A DNA stretch of 64,000 bases. Origin: an uncultured Alphaproteobacteria bacterium. Lineage in GTDB: Bacteria; Pseudomonadota; Alphaproteobacteria; UBA7985. The first letter of the stretch is position 1. Every line of letters begins with the position of its first letter. The stretch lies in assembly GCA_905479265.1 (NCBI GenBank), contig CAJQLX010000006.1, positions 2,621-66,620 of the forward strand, given 5' to 3'. The translations under genes were made by a program, and so were the position numbers. The notes under the pieces are model-generated. The model had not been told where the DNA came from. It saw only the letters and a program-made list of their open reading frames with translations, and made no database searches. This document shows positions 29,880 to 39,228 of this stretch, piece by piece.

Positions 29880-30470
29880 ATGATGAGCGCAACCAAGCCC
29901 ATGACTGATCGATACCCCAACCCCGAGCTGGCGGATCTTCCCACGGACATCCGAGACAAGATTTTGGGTGTGCAGGAAAAAGCCGGGTTTGTGCCGAATG
30001 TATTTTTGACCCTCGCACGGCGTCCAGAAGAGTTCCGAGCGTTCTTCGCCTATCACGATGCCGTCATGGAGCGGGCTGAATCGCGCCTCACCAAAGGCGA
30101 GCGCGAAATGATTGTCACGGCGACTTCAGCGCTCAATTCCTGCCTTTACTGCGTGGTCGCTCACGGTGCGGTGTTGAGAATTCGGGAAAAGAGCAACATT
30201 GTTTCCGACCAGATCGCGACCAACCATCGAAAAGCGGATATCACACCGCGCCAGCGCGCCATGTTGGATTTCGCCATGAAGGTCGCTGGACCGGACTCTT
30301 CGGCGGTTGGCGACGACGATTTTGCGCTGCTGCATGCCCACGGCTTTGATGATGAAGACATCTGGGACATTTCCGCCATTACTGCGTTTTTTGGGCTGTC
30401 CAATCGGTTGGCGAACACCACCGGCATGCTGCCGAATGTTGAATTTTACACCATGGGTCGCGGATTCTAG
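29880..30470 (+). CDS. Peroxidase-related enzyme (AhpD/CMD family)
   Basis: GFVPNVF, EREMI, NSCLYCVVAHGA; GGAGGA RBS. Confidence 0.9.
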   Translation: MMSATKPMTDRYPNPELADLPTDIRDKILGVQEKAGFVPNVFLTLARRPEEFRAFFAYHDAVMERAESRLTKGEREMIVTATSALNSCLYCVVAHGAVLRIREKSNIVSDQIATNHRKADITPRQRAMLDFAMKVAGPDSSAVGDDDFALLHAHGFDDEDIWDISAITAFFGLSNRLANTTGMLPNVEFYTMGRGF

Positions 30471-30625
30471 TGAAGCGACCCCAGATCCCCCCACCTCTCA
30501 ACAATTCGCATTTCATCACCTTTCCTTGATTGCCTTGGTCTTGGGCAGTTCCAGCCTAGGTTATGTCACGGAGTCTAATTATGGTGCCTGTAGATACAGT
30601 CATCACCGCTTGAGAGGTATAATAC

Positions 30626-31156
30626 GTGTTTAGCAAAATCCAGAATGGCCGGCTTGTTGTTGATCGTCGCGATGTCATCCGTGGCGGCCTTGCCGCTGGT
30701 GCCGCAGCCTTGTTGCCCGCCGGTATGGCGCATGCCAAAGGCGAGCAGCCCATTGGCCAAAAGCAGACCATCGATCTTGGCGATGCAACATCTGTTGACG
30801 TGACGGCCCTAGAGCCGGGCGAGCTGGCCGTTGTGTTCATGAACGGGACTTTTGTCGGTATTCTCCGCCGGACAGAGGACCAGCAAGCTGCTGCTGGTGC
30901 TGTTGATGGCGCAATGTCTGGCGAAACCGATGATGAGCGGACGGTTAATCCCGAATACTTGGTGGCCGAACTCAAGTGTCTGCACCGTGGGTGCTACGTC
31001 GCCTATACTGGTGAAGCCGAGAATGCGTTTACCTGCCCTTGTCACCGCACCACGTTTGACGCCGCTGGCCGTGTCATTTCAGGCAAAACGTCCAAATCCC
31101 TGCCATTTATCGGCCATTCCGTCAAAGACGGCATCGTCTCTTTCGCTGAAGGCTGA
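30626..31156 (+). CDS. Tat-exported Rieske [2Fe-2S] protein, stand-alone
   Basis: DRRDVI twin-arginine signal ending AHA; CLHRGC and CPCH boxes. Confidence 0.85.
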   Translation: MFSKIQNGRLVVDRRDVIRGGLAAGAAALLPAGMAHAKGEQPIGQKQTIDLGDATSVDVTALEPGELAVVFMNGTFVGILRRTEDQQAAAGAVDGAMSGETDDERTVNPEYLVAELKCLHRGCYVAYTGEAENAFTCPCHRTTFDAAGRVISGKTSKSLPFIGHSVKDGIVSFAEG

Positions 31157-31234
31157 GACTAAGCCCGAGCATACCGCTGATTTGCTGGCGCTATCGGCGC
31201 GGCAAGTCTGCGGTATCTCGTTGCTGCTCTCTCA

Positions 31235-32557
31235 TCACAATCCGTTTTTAGCCTTGGGCCGCTCTTCGCCCGCACGACCGTCTTGGATGCGCTGGGCCGT
31301 TCCCTTTCGCTGAGCCTCGTAAACCTCGTCACTCAAGGTCTCGCGCAAGGCGTCGAGCCGAAGTCCGTGCGTTCTAGGCGTCATCCGCCCTTGGCTGGCC
31401 ATGCCATCCCAGCGGGCTCGCGCGGCTTGGCGTTTCTTGACCTGATGAGGCTGAACCGTGCTCATATGATCTGCATCTAAGCGGCTTCCTGTCACCAAGT
31501 AGCCAGCGGCAACAGCGCGAGCGACCAAGTCAGCCCCTGCCTTTGTTCGCACAATAACAGCGTTTGTGCCGGGATCGTCAGCCTCAATCGCTGGGTCGGG
31601 TGCACCGCCGGGCCAATTATCCGCCGCAGCGATATCAGCACCTTCGCCGATGCCATCGGGACAGATTTTACACCGCCATGGCACATTCCAGCTCTTCTCG
31701 TCTTCGCCCCAGTATTCGGTGTAGGTCGCCGCGTGAGATTGACCATCGGCGGTTTTAAACGTCGTTGGACCGGGACAACCAAAACCGCGATAGCGAAAGC
31801 TCTCTATCTCCGGTTTTTGGACCCCATGGTGGTTTTCGATAAACGCTTCGGTTGCCTTGGGCGAGGCAAAGCCGCCGCATACCGGTGTCAGAAAGTATTT
31901 AATCAGTTGGTTGACCCGCGCATCTCGACGCGCCAGCGCGCGCAGGGCGGAAATATCGCAAGGTTTCCCGACAAAGGCGAATGGTCGGCCCTTGTCGAGG
32001 TTTTGGTGCACCGTTTGCAGCACAGCCGTTGGGCCATAGCGCGACCCTGCGCCCGCCAGAACCTCAGCCGCTGTTTCGCTAACATGGGGCTGACCAAAGG
32101 TTGGATCGTTGCCGCCGGCTTTGGCGTGGAGCAGAAACTCGACCTCGCCACTGTCGACGAGGAATTGTCCCAATGCCGTCAAAACCCCGCCCGTGGACCC
32201 CTCGTGTCGCACAGCCGGATCACCGGCCCAAGCCTCGACAAAGCTTTCATGCGGTCCCCAAACCAAATCACGGGATGAGGCTTGCGCCGCGAGATCAGCT
32301 GGCAAGGCTTCGACGCGTGTTCCGGGGCAAGTATCATAAATGGCGTCAACAGTTTCGTGGCTCAACGCGCCAACCACCAAGGGACGTTCAAACCCACTGT
32401 CGACAACCTGCATCTTCACAGATTCAGGCCCAGCAAGGGATTCACACAGGCCGCACCCGATACACATGCCCTCTTCGACGATGCGATAAAGGCGATCTTC
32501 GGGCGTCGGCGCGGGCGTCGGTGCGGAGGGGGGTGCGGGTTTGGATGGGGTCATCAT
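31235..32557 (-). CDS. Coenzyme F420 hydrogenase/dehydrogenase beta subunit (FrhB)-like Fe-S flavoprotein
   Basis: CIGCGLC...CPG ferredoxin motif, GSTGGVLT, AGSRY, VGKPCD, FRYRG.GCPG, CKICPD, ADI. Confidence 0.85.
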   Translation of the reverse strand: MMTPSKPAPPSAPTPAPTPEDRLYRIVEEGMCIGCGLCESLAGPESVKMQVVDSGFERPLVVGALSHETVDAIYDTCPGTRVEALPADLAAQASSRDLVWGPHESFVEAWAGDPAVRHEGSTGGVLTALGQFLVDSGEVEFLLHAKAGGNDPTFGQPHVSETAAEVLAGAGSRYGPTAVLQTVHQNLDKGRPFAFVGKPCDISALRALARRDARVNQLIKYFLTPVCGGFASPKATEAFIENHHGVQKPEIESFRYRGFGCPGPTTFKTADGQSHAATYTEYWGEDEKSWNVPWRCKICPDGIGEGADIAAADNWPGGAPDPAIEADDPGTNAVIVRTKAGADLVARAVAAGYLVTGSRLDADHMSTVQPHQVKKRQAARARWDGMASQGRMTPRTHGLRLDALRETLSDEVYEAQRKGTAQRIQDGRAGEERPKAKNGL

Positions 32558-33240
32558 GATTTGAAGAAACCCCCTTTGCCACTTGCGTCTTTCTTCAGCA
32601 TCGCCGCAGCAGCTTCGAATTCTGCTGTCGCTTGCTGGGTCTGCGGGACGTCCATCAGCGCGTCGAAAACCGCTGGTGCAAGGGTAAAGGTATCGTGTCC
32701 GCGTGTTGCGAGGGAAAGGACTTGATCGGCGGACCGTAAACTGGCCAGAAGCACCCGCGGACTGCCCTGAGCGATCGTCTTCATTGCATCAACAACTTGG
32801 TCTGCATCCTGCCCTGATTCTTTGATCCGGCCATAATAGGGCGCGATGTAGCGTGCGCCGCAACTGGCCGCCAACACAGCTTGCCGCGCGTCAAACGCAG
32901 CGGTGAGTGTGATGGGTGCATCCTTTGGCAACAAAGGTAGAATCGCGAGACCTTCGGCTGTCAGCGGCACCTTGGCCGTCACGCCGTCTTGCCAACGATC
33001 GAAGAAGCGCGCCATCTGCTTGGCGGCGTCGCGAGGATGGTTCAGGCCGTAAACCTGAAACTGTACCGACGTCAGCCCCATGTCCTTTGCGCTGTCGATC
33101 AGTCGAAAAACCGTCTTTCGGTTTAGATCCACGCTTTGCTTTTTAAAGATGAGCGGATTGGTTGTTGCACCATAAAGCACGCCGCGCTTTGCCCACTTTT
33201 CCCAATCATCGGTAAGTGCACTGTCGATATAGAGCCGCAT
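32554..33240 (-). CDS. Transaldolase/fructose-6-phosphate aldolase family protein (FSA-type residues)
   Basis: YIDSA, GATTNP, AKVP Schiff-base Lys, YIAPYYGR, LLASLR. Confidence 0.85.
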   Translation of the reverse strand: MRLYIDSALTDDWEKWAKRGVLYGATTNPLIFKKQSVDLNRKTVFRLIDSAKDMGLTSVQFQVYGLNHPRDAAKQMARFFDRWQDGVTAKVPLTAEGLAILPLLPKDAPITLTAAFDARQAVLAASCGARYIAPYYGRIKESGQDADQVVDAMKTIAQGSPRVLLASLRSADQVLSLATRGHDTFTLAPAVFDALMDVPQTQQATAEFEAAAAMLKKDASGKGGFFKS

Positions 33241-33394
33241 GTTTCATCCCTTGAGTTTCTCATGTCGGTCTCGCCTGACCAACTCAACCCGTCAAGCCCC
33301 GCCGGTAGGCTTCCCGCTATTTTACATATTGACCGTCATTGGTTTATATTGGAGTACCCTTGGTCAAGACAGACAAAGATGATAGGAACCCACA

Positions 33395-33826
33395 ATGGAT
33401 TTCTCGAATTTTACACCCGGCGCAGCCTCAATCGGCGGATTGCTGATTGGCGCTTCTGGTCTCATCCTTTTCGCCCTCTTGGGGCGGCAAGCGGGGGTGA
33501 GCTCTGTCGCTGGTGGCTTGCTTCGATTTGACCTGCGCGATCTTGACTGGCGCTTGGCATTTATCGGCGGGATCGTCGTTGGGCCACTGGTGGTTGCATT
33601 TGTTCGTGGCTCTGAGCTTCCCTTTGAAATTACGTTCAATCCATGGATGCTTGTGGCCGCAGGCTTGCTGGTTGGCTTTGGCACACGGCTGGGCAATGGT
33701 TGCACCAGCGGGCATGGCATTTGCGGGGTTTCACGGTTTTCGGTGCGCTCTATTGTTGCGGTGGTCACATTTGTCGGGGTCGGCGTTCTTGTTGCGACCT
33801 TGGCTCGTTTGGGAGGGCTTTCATAA
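33395..33826 (+). CDS. YeeE/YedE family sulfur-compound transporter subunit
   Basis: GGLLIG, GRQAGVS, GLLVGFGTRLGNGCTSGHGICG. Confidence 0.9.
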   Translation: MDFSNFTPGAASIGGLLIGASGLILFALLGRQAGVSSVAGGLLRFDLRDLDWRLAFIGGIVVGPLVVAFVRGSELPFEITFNPWMLVAAGLLVGFGTRLGNGCTSGHGICGVSRFSVRSIVAVVTFVGVGVLVATLARLGGLS

Positions 33827-34263
33827 TGCGCGCCGCTGTAGCCGCCCTTGCGGGCCTGATTTTCGGCATTGGTTTGACCATTGCGGAAATGACAAACCCG
33901 GCCAAAGTCTTGGCTTTCCTCGATGTGTTTAGCGGTCAGTGGGATCCCTCTTTGATCTTTGTGATGGGCGCGGGGATTGCTCTCTATGGCGCTGGCTTTT
34001 TGATCTTGAAGCGTCGGACCGCGCCCGTGATGGGCGATCGGTTTCATTTACCAACCGCTCAAGGCATCGACACGCCATTGATCGCCGGTGCCGTGCTGTT
34101 TGGGGCTGGATGGGGCTTGGTTGGTCTTTGCCCCGGCCCCGCGTTTGCCGCGCTGAGCCTTGGGGGCGCGCCTGTGTTGATTTTCATGGCCGCAAACCTC
34201 GCTGGAATGTATGCTTTTGAGCTTGTTGGACCGCGGATGACCCGCGGCCAAACGGCGGCCTGA
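33826..34263 (+). CDS. YeeE/YedE family partner subunit (DUF6691-like)
   Basis: GLIFGIGL, PAKVLAFLD, WDPSLIFVM, FGAGWGLVGLCPGP; TAATG overlap with upstream gene. Confidence 0.88.
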   Translation: MRAAVAALAGLIFGIGLTIAEMTNPAKVLAFLDVFSGQWDPSLIFVMGAGIALYGAGFLILKRRTAPVMGDRFHLPTAQGIDTPLIAGAVLFGAGWGLVGLCPGPAFAALSLGGAPVLIFMAANLAGMYAFELVGPRMTRGQTAA

Positions 34264-34271
34264 CACCAAGA

Positions 34272-34997
34272 ATGAGCGTGAAACGCCCTCAGATCATGGG
34301 CCATCGCGGCGCGCCGTCGTTGGCACCAGAGAACACGCTTCTTGGCTTCAAAACCGCGTTTCAAGCAGGAGCGCTTTGGACGGAAACGGACGTTTCCCTG
34401 TTGGGAGACGGCACGCCGGTTATCTTCCACGATGCAACAATGGACCGCTGCACCGATCGCAGCGGTTCCATTGCCGCCCTATCCTTGGACGACTTGCAGC
34501 GTGTCAACGCAAACCAGCAGCATCCAGCAGCGGGTTTTCAGGCCATTCCAACGTTGGCAGCAGCCTTGGACTGCTTTGCCGATCTTGGGATGGGCGTAAA
34601 TTTGGAGCTCAAGCGCCACGACCACGTTCCCCCCGCAGCCTTGGTCGATGCTGTGCATCCGGTTCTTTCCAGCGGACCTTTGCCCAAAGAACGCGTGTTG
34701 CTGTCCAGCTTTGATTTCGATGTTCTGAAGCTTGCCCGCGCTGCCTTTCCCGGCTGGTCCATCGCCGTGATCGCAGAAAACGCAACGTCAGAGGTGTTCG
34801 AGGTTGCGCAACAAATCAAGGCCGACGCGCTCAATTTGTGGTGGGAAACGCTGTCATATGACGATGTTCAGCGTACGCGAGCACAAGGTATGACGGTCAA
34901 CGTCTGGACCGCTAACGAGCCAGACAAAGTTCGCTCCATGGTTGACTGGGGCGTCGCCGGTTTCATGTCAGATTGCCCGCAAAACTTCCGCTTCTAA
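34272..34997 (+). CDS. Glycerophosphodiester phosphodiesterase (UgpQ-like)
   Basis: GHRG...PENTL, ETDV, FHD, NLELK, SSFD, VWTAN. Confidence 0.92.
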   Translation: MSVKRPQIMGHRGAPSLAPENTLLGFKTAFQAGALWTETDVSLLGDGTPVIFHDATMDRCTDRSGSIAALSLDDLQRVNANQQHPAAGFQAIPTLAAALDCFADLGMGVNLELKRHDHVPPAALVDAVHPVLSSGPLPKERVLLSSFDFDVLKLARAAFPGWSIAVIAENATSEVFEVAQQIKADALNLWWETLSYDDVQRTRAQGMTVNVWTANEPDKVRSMVDWGVAGFMSDCPQNFRF

Positions 34998-35086
34998 TCG
35001 TTTGCAGAAACGACACCTGAGTCGCGCCAAAGATGGCGTGGGCGAATGGCTGGTCTAGACCAAGGAAAACCAGCGAAGGGTGCACC

Positions 35087-35923
35087 ATGTCCGATTATAA
35101 AAAGCCTGCCCATTGGGCCGTGGGCAAGAACAAGCTATTCCCCCACCAAGTCGGCTTTACCTGTCCGCCCCATGATTTTGACGCGGCGCCCTCGGACTTT
35201 CTACGGATTGCGCCCGCCACCGTGGGCGTTCACGGCCGGATGCTGCATGTCCCTGACTACGAGCATCAACTCGATCAGCGCAAAAGCAACTTTGGCTTGC
35301 TGGAAGAATTCGTGGAGTGCATGGCCAATAACGGCGCAGACGTCTGCGGACAAGTTGGCTCCAACTGGGTCCATGCCAGCGGTTTAGGGGTCGAGGGCAT
35401 TCGCCAGCACTGTGAGATGCTGTCGGACAAGTACGAGACCACTTTCCACATGGCTGGTTACGCGATGGTTGAGGCGTTGCGCGCCATGAATGTGGAGAAG
35501 GTCGCTTTGAATGGCGTTTACCACTGGCCTACATGGTGGCAAGGAACCGCCAACTTCCTCCGCGAAGCGGGTTTTGATGTTCTCTACGCAGGTAACTTTG
35601 TGGATCAGGGCTTCATTGCTTCGCAAGAGGAATGCAACGCTGCGATTTGGTGCTTTGATGGTGATTTAGCCTCCAAATCCATGGCTTACGTGGCGGAGCA
35701 AGCCCCGCAGGCCGATGCTTATCTTGCCAACGGCATGTGCAATTTCCGCTCTGGCCCCAATGGACAGGCGCAGCGGTTTGTTCATCTGGAAGTCGAGCTT
35801 GAGGCACAATTGGGCAAGCCGGTTATCACGCACGACAACGCCCTTTACTGGCGGATATTCAAGTCGCTGGGGCTCGCACCCGTAACCCAGCAAGGCAGCC
35901 TGCTTTCCAGCCTGAAAGACTAA
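35087..35923 (+). CDS. Asp/Glu racemase superfamily protein (maleate isomerase / arylmalonate decarboxylase-like)
   Basis: Fold-typical segments EALRAMNVEKVAL, FLREAGFDV, ELEAQLGKPVITHDNALYW; QVGSN and GMCNF at the two catalytic positions. Confidence 0.7.
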   Translation: MSDYKKPAHWAVGKNKLFPHQVGFTCPPHDFDAAPSDFLRIAPATVGVHGRMLHVPDYEHQLDQRKSNFGLLEEFVECMANNGADVCGQVGSNWVHASGLGVEGIRQHCEMLSDKYETTFHMAGYAMVEALRAMNVEKVALNGVYHWPTWWQGTANFLREAGFDVLYAGNFVDQGFIASQEECNAAIWCFDGDLASKSMAYVAEQAPQADAYLANGMCNFRSGPNGQAQRFVHLEVELEAQLGKPVITHDNALYWRIFKSLGLAPVTQQGSLLSSLKD

Positions 35924-35928
35924 ACCAA

Positions 35929-36684
35929 ATGACTAAGATACTTGCGCTTTGGGCCGTTCCGCGTTCGACGTCGACAGCCTTTGAATGGATGATGCGCCAG
36001 CGGGGCGATTTTACGTGTTTGCACGAGCCTTATGGCGAGGCTTGGTATCAGGGCGATGATCCGCTGTGGCCACGCCTGACTGCCGACAGTGTTCGAACGC
36101 CGGGGCTGACCATGGCTGGGGTTCATGCGCATTTGCAGAATTTGGCGGCGCAAGGGCCCGTCTTTTCCAAGGATTTCCCGCTTTATATCGATCATATGTG
36201 GAACGATGAGCTCTTCGACATGTTCAATCACTCGTTCCTGATCCGAGACCCGGCAAAAACCATAGCGTCCATGTTCAAGCACTGGCCCGATTTCCACATT
36301 AAGGAAACGGGCTTTAAGGAGCAGAGGGCGCTTTTCGACATCATCACCGAACGCCAAGGCGGAACCCCGCCGCCGGTGATTGATAGCGACGATGTGCTCG
36401 CCAACCCGCATGGTGTCGTTCGGGCCTGGTGTGATGCCGTTGGCATTCCGTTTATTGAAGCGGCGCTGAGTTGGGAGCCCGGCCCCCGAGATGAAGTGAG
36501 CTGGTGGGACGGTGGGTCGTTCCATGAACTGCTGCGGAACTCCAGCGGCCTGAAACCGCAACCACGCTATGACCGGCAACCGGTCAGTGAGATGCCGGAA
36601 CGGGTGCAGGAGGTCTATGCTGAGGTGCAGCCGCACTATGAGCATTTATACGCGCATCGTTTGCGGGTCGAAGGCGGATCCTAG
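35929..36684 (+). CDS. Sulfotransferase-like P-loop protein
   Basis: WAVPRSTSTA PAPS-binding-like loop, HEPY, FLIRDP..TIAS, W....G.WWDG. Confidence 0.8.
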   Translation: MTKILALWAVPRSTSTAFEWMMRQRGDFTCLHEPYGEAWYQGDDPLWPRLTADSVRTPGLTMAGVHAHLQNLAAQGPVFSKDFPLYIDHMWNDELFDMFNHSFLIRDPAKTIASMFKHWPDFHIKETGFKEQRALFDIITERQGGTPPPVIDSDDVLANPHGVVRAWCDAVGIPFIEAALSWEPGPRDEVSWWDGGSFHELLRNSSGLKPQPRYDRQPVSEMPERVQEVYAEVQPHYEHLYAHRLRVEGGS

Positions 36685-37865
36685 GGGCGTTGGAGAGTGA
36701 CCGCCGTCCCCTCGCCGCCACCAATGCAGAGCGCAGCCACGCCGTGCTGCGCTTCTTCGGTTTCCATCGCATTTAAGAGCGTAACGATGATCCGCGCGCC
36801 AGAAGCTCCGATGGGGTGCCCAAGCGAGCAAGCGCCGCCACGGGTGTTCAGCCGGTCTTCGGGAATATCCAACGCGTGGGCGGCCGCCATGGGTACGACA
36901 GCAAAGGCCTCGTTGATTTCCCACAAATCAATATCGGAAATCGCCAAATTGGCACGGCTGAGCGCCTGATGGATGGCGCCAATTGGGGCTGTGGTGAACC
37001 AACCGGGGGCTTGCGCGTGAGTGCCGTAGCTGCGCAGTCGCGCGCGGATCGGGACACCTTTGGCAAGCGCTGTACTCTCCCGCATGAGCACCAGAGCGGC
37101 GGCGCCATCGGAGATCGAGGAAGCATTCGCCGCTGTGATGGTGCCGTCGGTTTTAAAGGCGGGTTTCAGGTGCGGGATCTTCTCTGGCCGTGCGCGTTCG
37201 GGTTGTTCATCGGCTGAAACCGTAACCTCGCCGGTTCGGGTCCGAAGGGTAATTGGCGCGATTTCCCCCGCAAAGCGACCGGTCGCCTGAGCGGCTTGCG
37301 CCCGAGACAGCGATTGGAGGGCGTAGTTGTCTTGTGCTGTGCGGGTGAGTTGATATTTCTCAGCGCAATCTTCGGCAAACGATCCCATCAAACGCCCTTC
37401 TTCATAGGCGTCTTGCAAGCCATCGAGGAACATATGGTCTTGGGCTTGGGTTTCCCCCATCCGGGCGCCAGAGCGCATTTTGGGCAGCAGATAAGGCGCG
37501 TTGCTCATGCTTTCCATACCGCCAGCAACGGCGACATCAGCGTTGCCAGAACGCAGTTGGTCCATGGCCAGCATGACGGCTTTCATGCCCGAGCCGCACA
37601 TTTTGTTCACCGTTGTCGCGGGAACGTTTTCCGAAAGCCCAGCTTGAAAACCGGCTTGACGCGCCGGGGCTTGGCCCTGTCCTGCTGGTAACACACAGCC
37701 CATGATCACTTCATCAACATCGGTTCGAGCAACCCCTGCCCGGTCCAGCGCGGCAGCAATCGCAACCCCGCCCAATTCGGCAGCTGTCAGGTCGGAAAAG
37801 ACGCCTTGGAAGCTACCAATGGGAGTTCTGGCACCGCCGACAATGACAATTGGGTCGTCGATCAT
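36681..37865 (-). CDS. Acetyl-CoA C-acyltransferase (thiolase)
   Basis: RTPIGSF, NKMCGSG, GGMESMS, EINEAFA, GHPIGASG, LCIGGGEG. Confidence 0.95.
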   Translation of the reverse strand: MIDDPIVIVGGARTPIGSFQGVFSDLTAAELGGVAIAAALDRAGVARTDVDEVIMGCVLPAGQGQAPARQAGFQAGLSENVPATTVNKMCGSGMKAVMLAMDQLRSGNADVAVAGGMESMSNAPYLLPKMRSGARMGETQAQDHMFLDGLQDAYEEGRLMGSFAEDCAEKYQLTRTAQDNYALQSLSRAQAAQATGRFAGEIAPITLRTRTGEVTVSADEQPERARPEKIPHLKPAFKTDGTITAANASSISDGAAALVLMRESTALAKGVPIRARLRSYGTHAQAPGWFTTAPIGAIHQALSRANLAISDIDLWEINEAFAVVPMAAAHALDIPEDRLNTRGGACSLGHPIGASGARIIVTLLNAMETEEAQHGVAALCIGGGEGTAVTLQRP

Positions 37866-37886
37866 GACTTTGGATCCTGCATGCGT

Positions 37887-39071
37887 TTAAGCGGCCAAGC
37901 GCTGGGCCTCTTCTGCGATAATTTCAGCAATATCGGCGCAATCTTCAACACTGAAGGTCAGCGGCACGCGGAGGTCTATCGTGGTTGAGAGCGTTCGAAG
38001 GGTCTGGGGTAAAGGGTCAACATCACCGAAATACTGCCAGCTGTCGTAACGGCTGGTAAAGGCCACCGGCTCTGCGCCACCGAACCACTTCAGCTCAACA
38101 CCCCGCTGACCACAGGACGCAGTCAGGGCCGGAATGTCCGTTACATGGGCGTGAAACTGGAAAGACGATCCAACATAGGCTTCGTGCTGTGGGCGTTCAA
38201 TGATCTCCACCCCTGGCGCATGCCGAAGACCGTTTTCCAAGGCCTGATAGCGATGGTTCCAACGCGCACAGTTCTGGTCGAGTTGACCCAATTGCGCGCG
38301 CAGGATCGTGGCACGCAGGTTGTCCAGACGCGCGGAGCAATTCGGGGTATCCAGCCGGATCCGGCGGAACACGTCCTCGCTGGGCGCGGCAACGTGGCGT
38401 TCATAGAGCATGTAGGAGCCAGAGAGGATCACGGCGCGTGCCGCCAATTCCTCGTCATCGGTGGTCAGAAAACCGCCCTCACCTGAGTTCATGTGCTTGT
38501 AGGTCTGCGTGGAGAAGCAAGCGACCTTGCCGAAATTGCCAGAACGCCGGCCTTGCCACTTCGCGCCCATTGTGTGGGCACAATCCTCGATCAGGGTGAT
38601 GTCAAACGCCTCACAGATCGCAACGATCGCATCCATGTCAGCGATGTGTCCGCGCATGTGCGAGAGCATAAAGAACTTCGCCCCGCTGGTTTCAGCCTTG
38701 GCGCGCAAGTCGCTGATGTCTGTCAGCCAGTCGTGACCAATCTCAACAAACACGGGAACGCCGCCGCACGCATGGATCGCACCGGGTACGGGGGCAAGCG
38801 TGTAGGCGTTGGCGAGGATCTTATCGCCGGGCTTTAAGCCCGCAGCACGCAGGGCAATCTGCATCGCCTGACCGCCAGAGGTAACCGCCAAGCAATACTT
38901 GGCTTCCTGATAGGCCGCGTATTCCTGTTCCAGCAAACTTGTTTCCGCAAGTTCACCCGGTCCGGTATTGTACCGATGAATGCGACCGCTTTGCAGGATG
39001 GCGACAGCGCCCTCGATGCCCTGAGCAGGGATGGCTTCCTGCTGGGTAAATGATTTTTCGAACTGTTTCAT
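37887..39071 (-). CDS. DegT/DnrJ/EryC1/StrS family PLP aminotransferase
   Basis: IEDCAH, FSTQTYKHMNSGEGG PLP-Lys motif; start at MKQFEKSFTQQE. Confidence 0.88.
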   Translation of the reverse strand: MKQFEKSFTQQEAIPAQGIEGAVAILQSGRIHRYNTGPGELAETSLLEQEYAAYQEAKYCLAVTSGGQAMQIALRAAGLKPGDKILANAYTLAPVPGAIHACGGVPVFVEIGHDWLTDISDLRAKAETSGAKFFMLSHMRGHIADMDAIVAICEAFDITLIEDCAHTMGAKWQGRRSGNFGKVACFSTQTYKHMNSGEGGFLTTDDEELAARAVILSGSYMLYERHVAAPSEDVFRRIRLDTPNCSARLDNLRATILRAQLGQLDQNCARWNHRYQALENGLRHAPGVEIIERPQHEAYVGSSFQFHAHVTDIPALTASCGQRGVELKWFGGAEPVAFTSRYDSWQYFGDVDPLPQTLRTLSTTIDLRVPLTFSVEDCADIAEIIAEEAQRLAA

Positions 39072-39228
39072 AGGCGTAACTTTAAGCGCTAATGGACCGC
39101 TTTGGGAGTCCTTGAAGCGGCACAGTTTGGCGATGGATGGTCGCAAGCTGACTTGCTCGTGCGGCGATGATTGCGGATAAGCACGGTAAGCCGGTGTCAG
39201 ATCCAGCCCGCAACGGGAAGAGTAACAG

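Noticed and set aside
32500..32545. Short GC-rich repeats
   Set aside because: Encode a Pro/Ala/Thr low-complexity N-terminus (PAPPSAPTPAPTP), not a repeat element
31235..32557. FrhB-like gene as evidence of F420 hydrogenase or bciB
   Set aside because: No hydrogenase, F420 or photosynthesis genes nearby; family is broadly distributed
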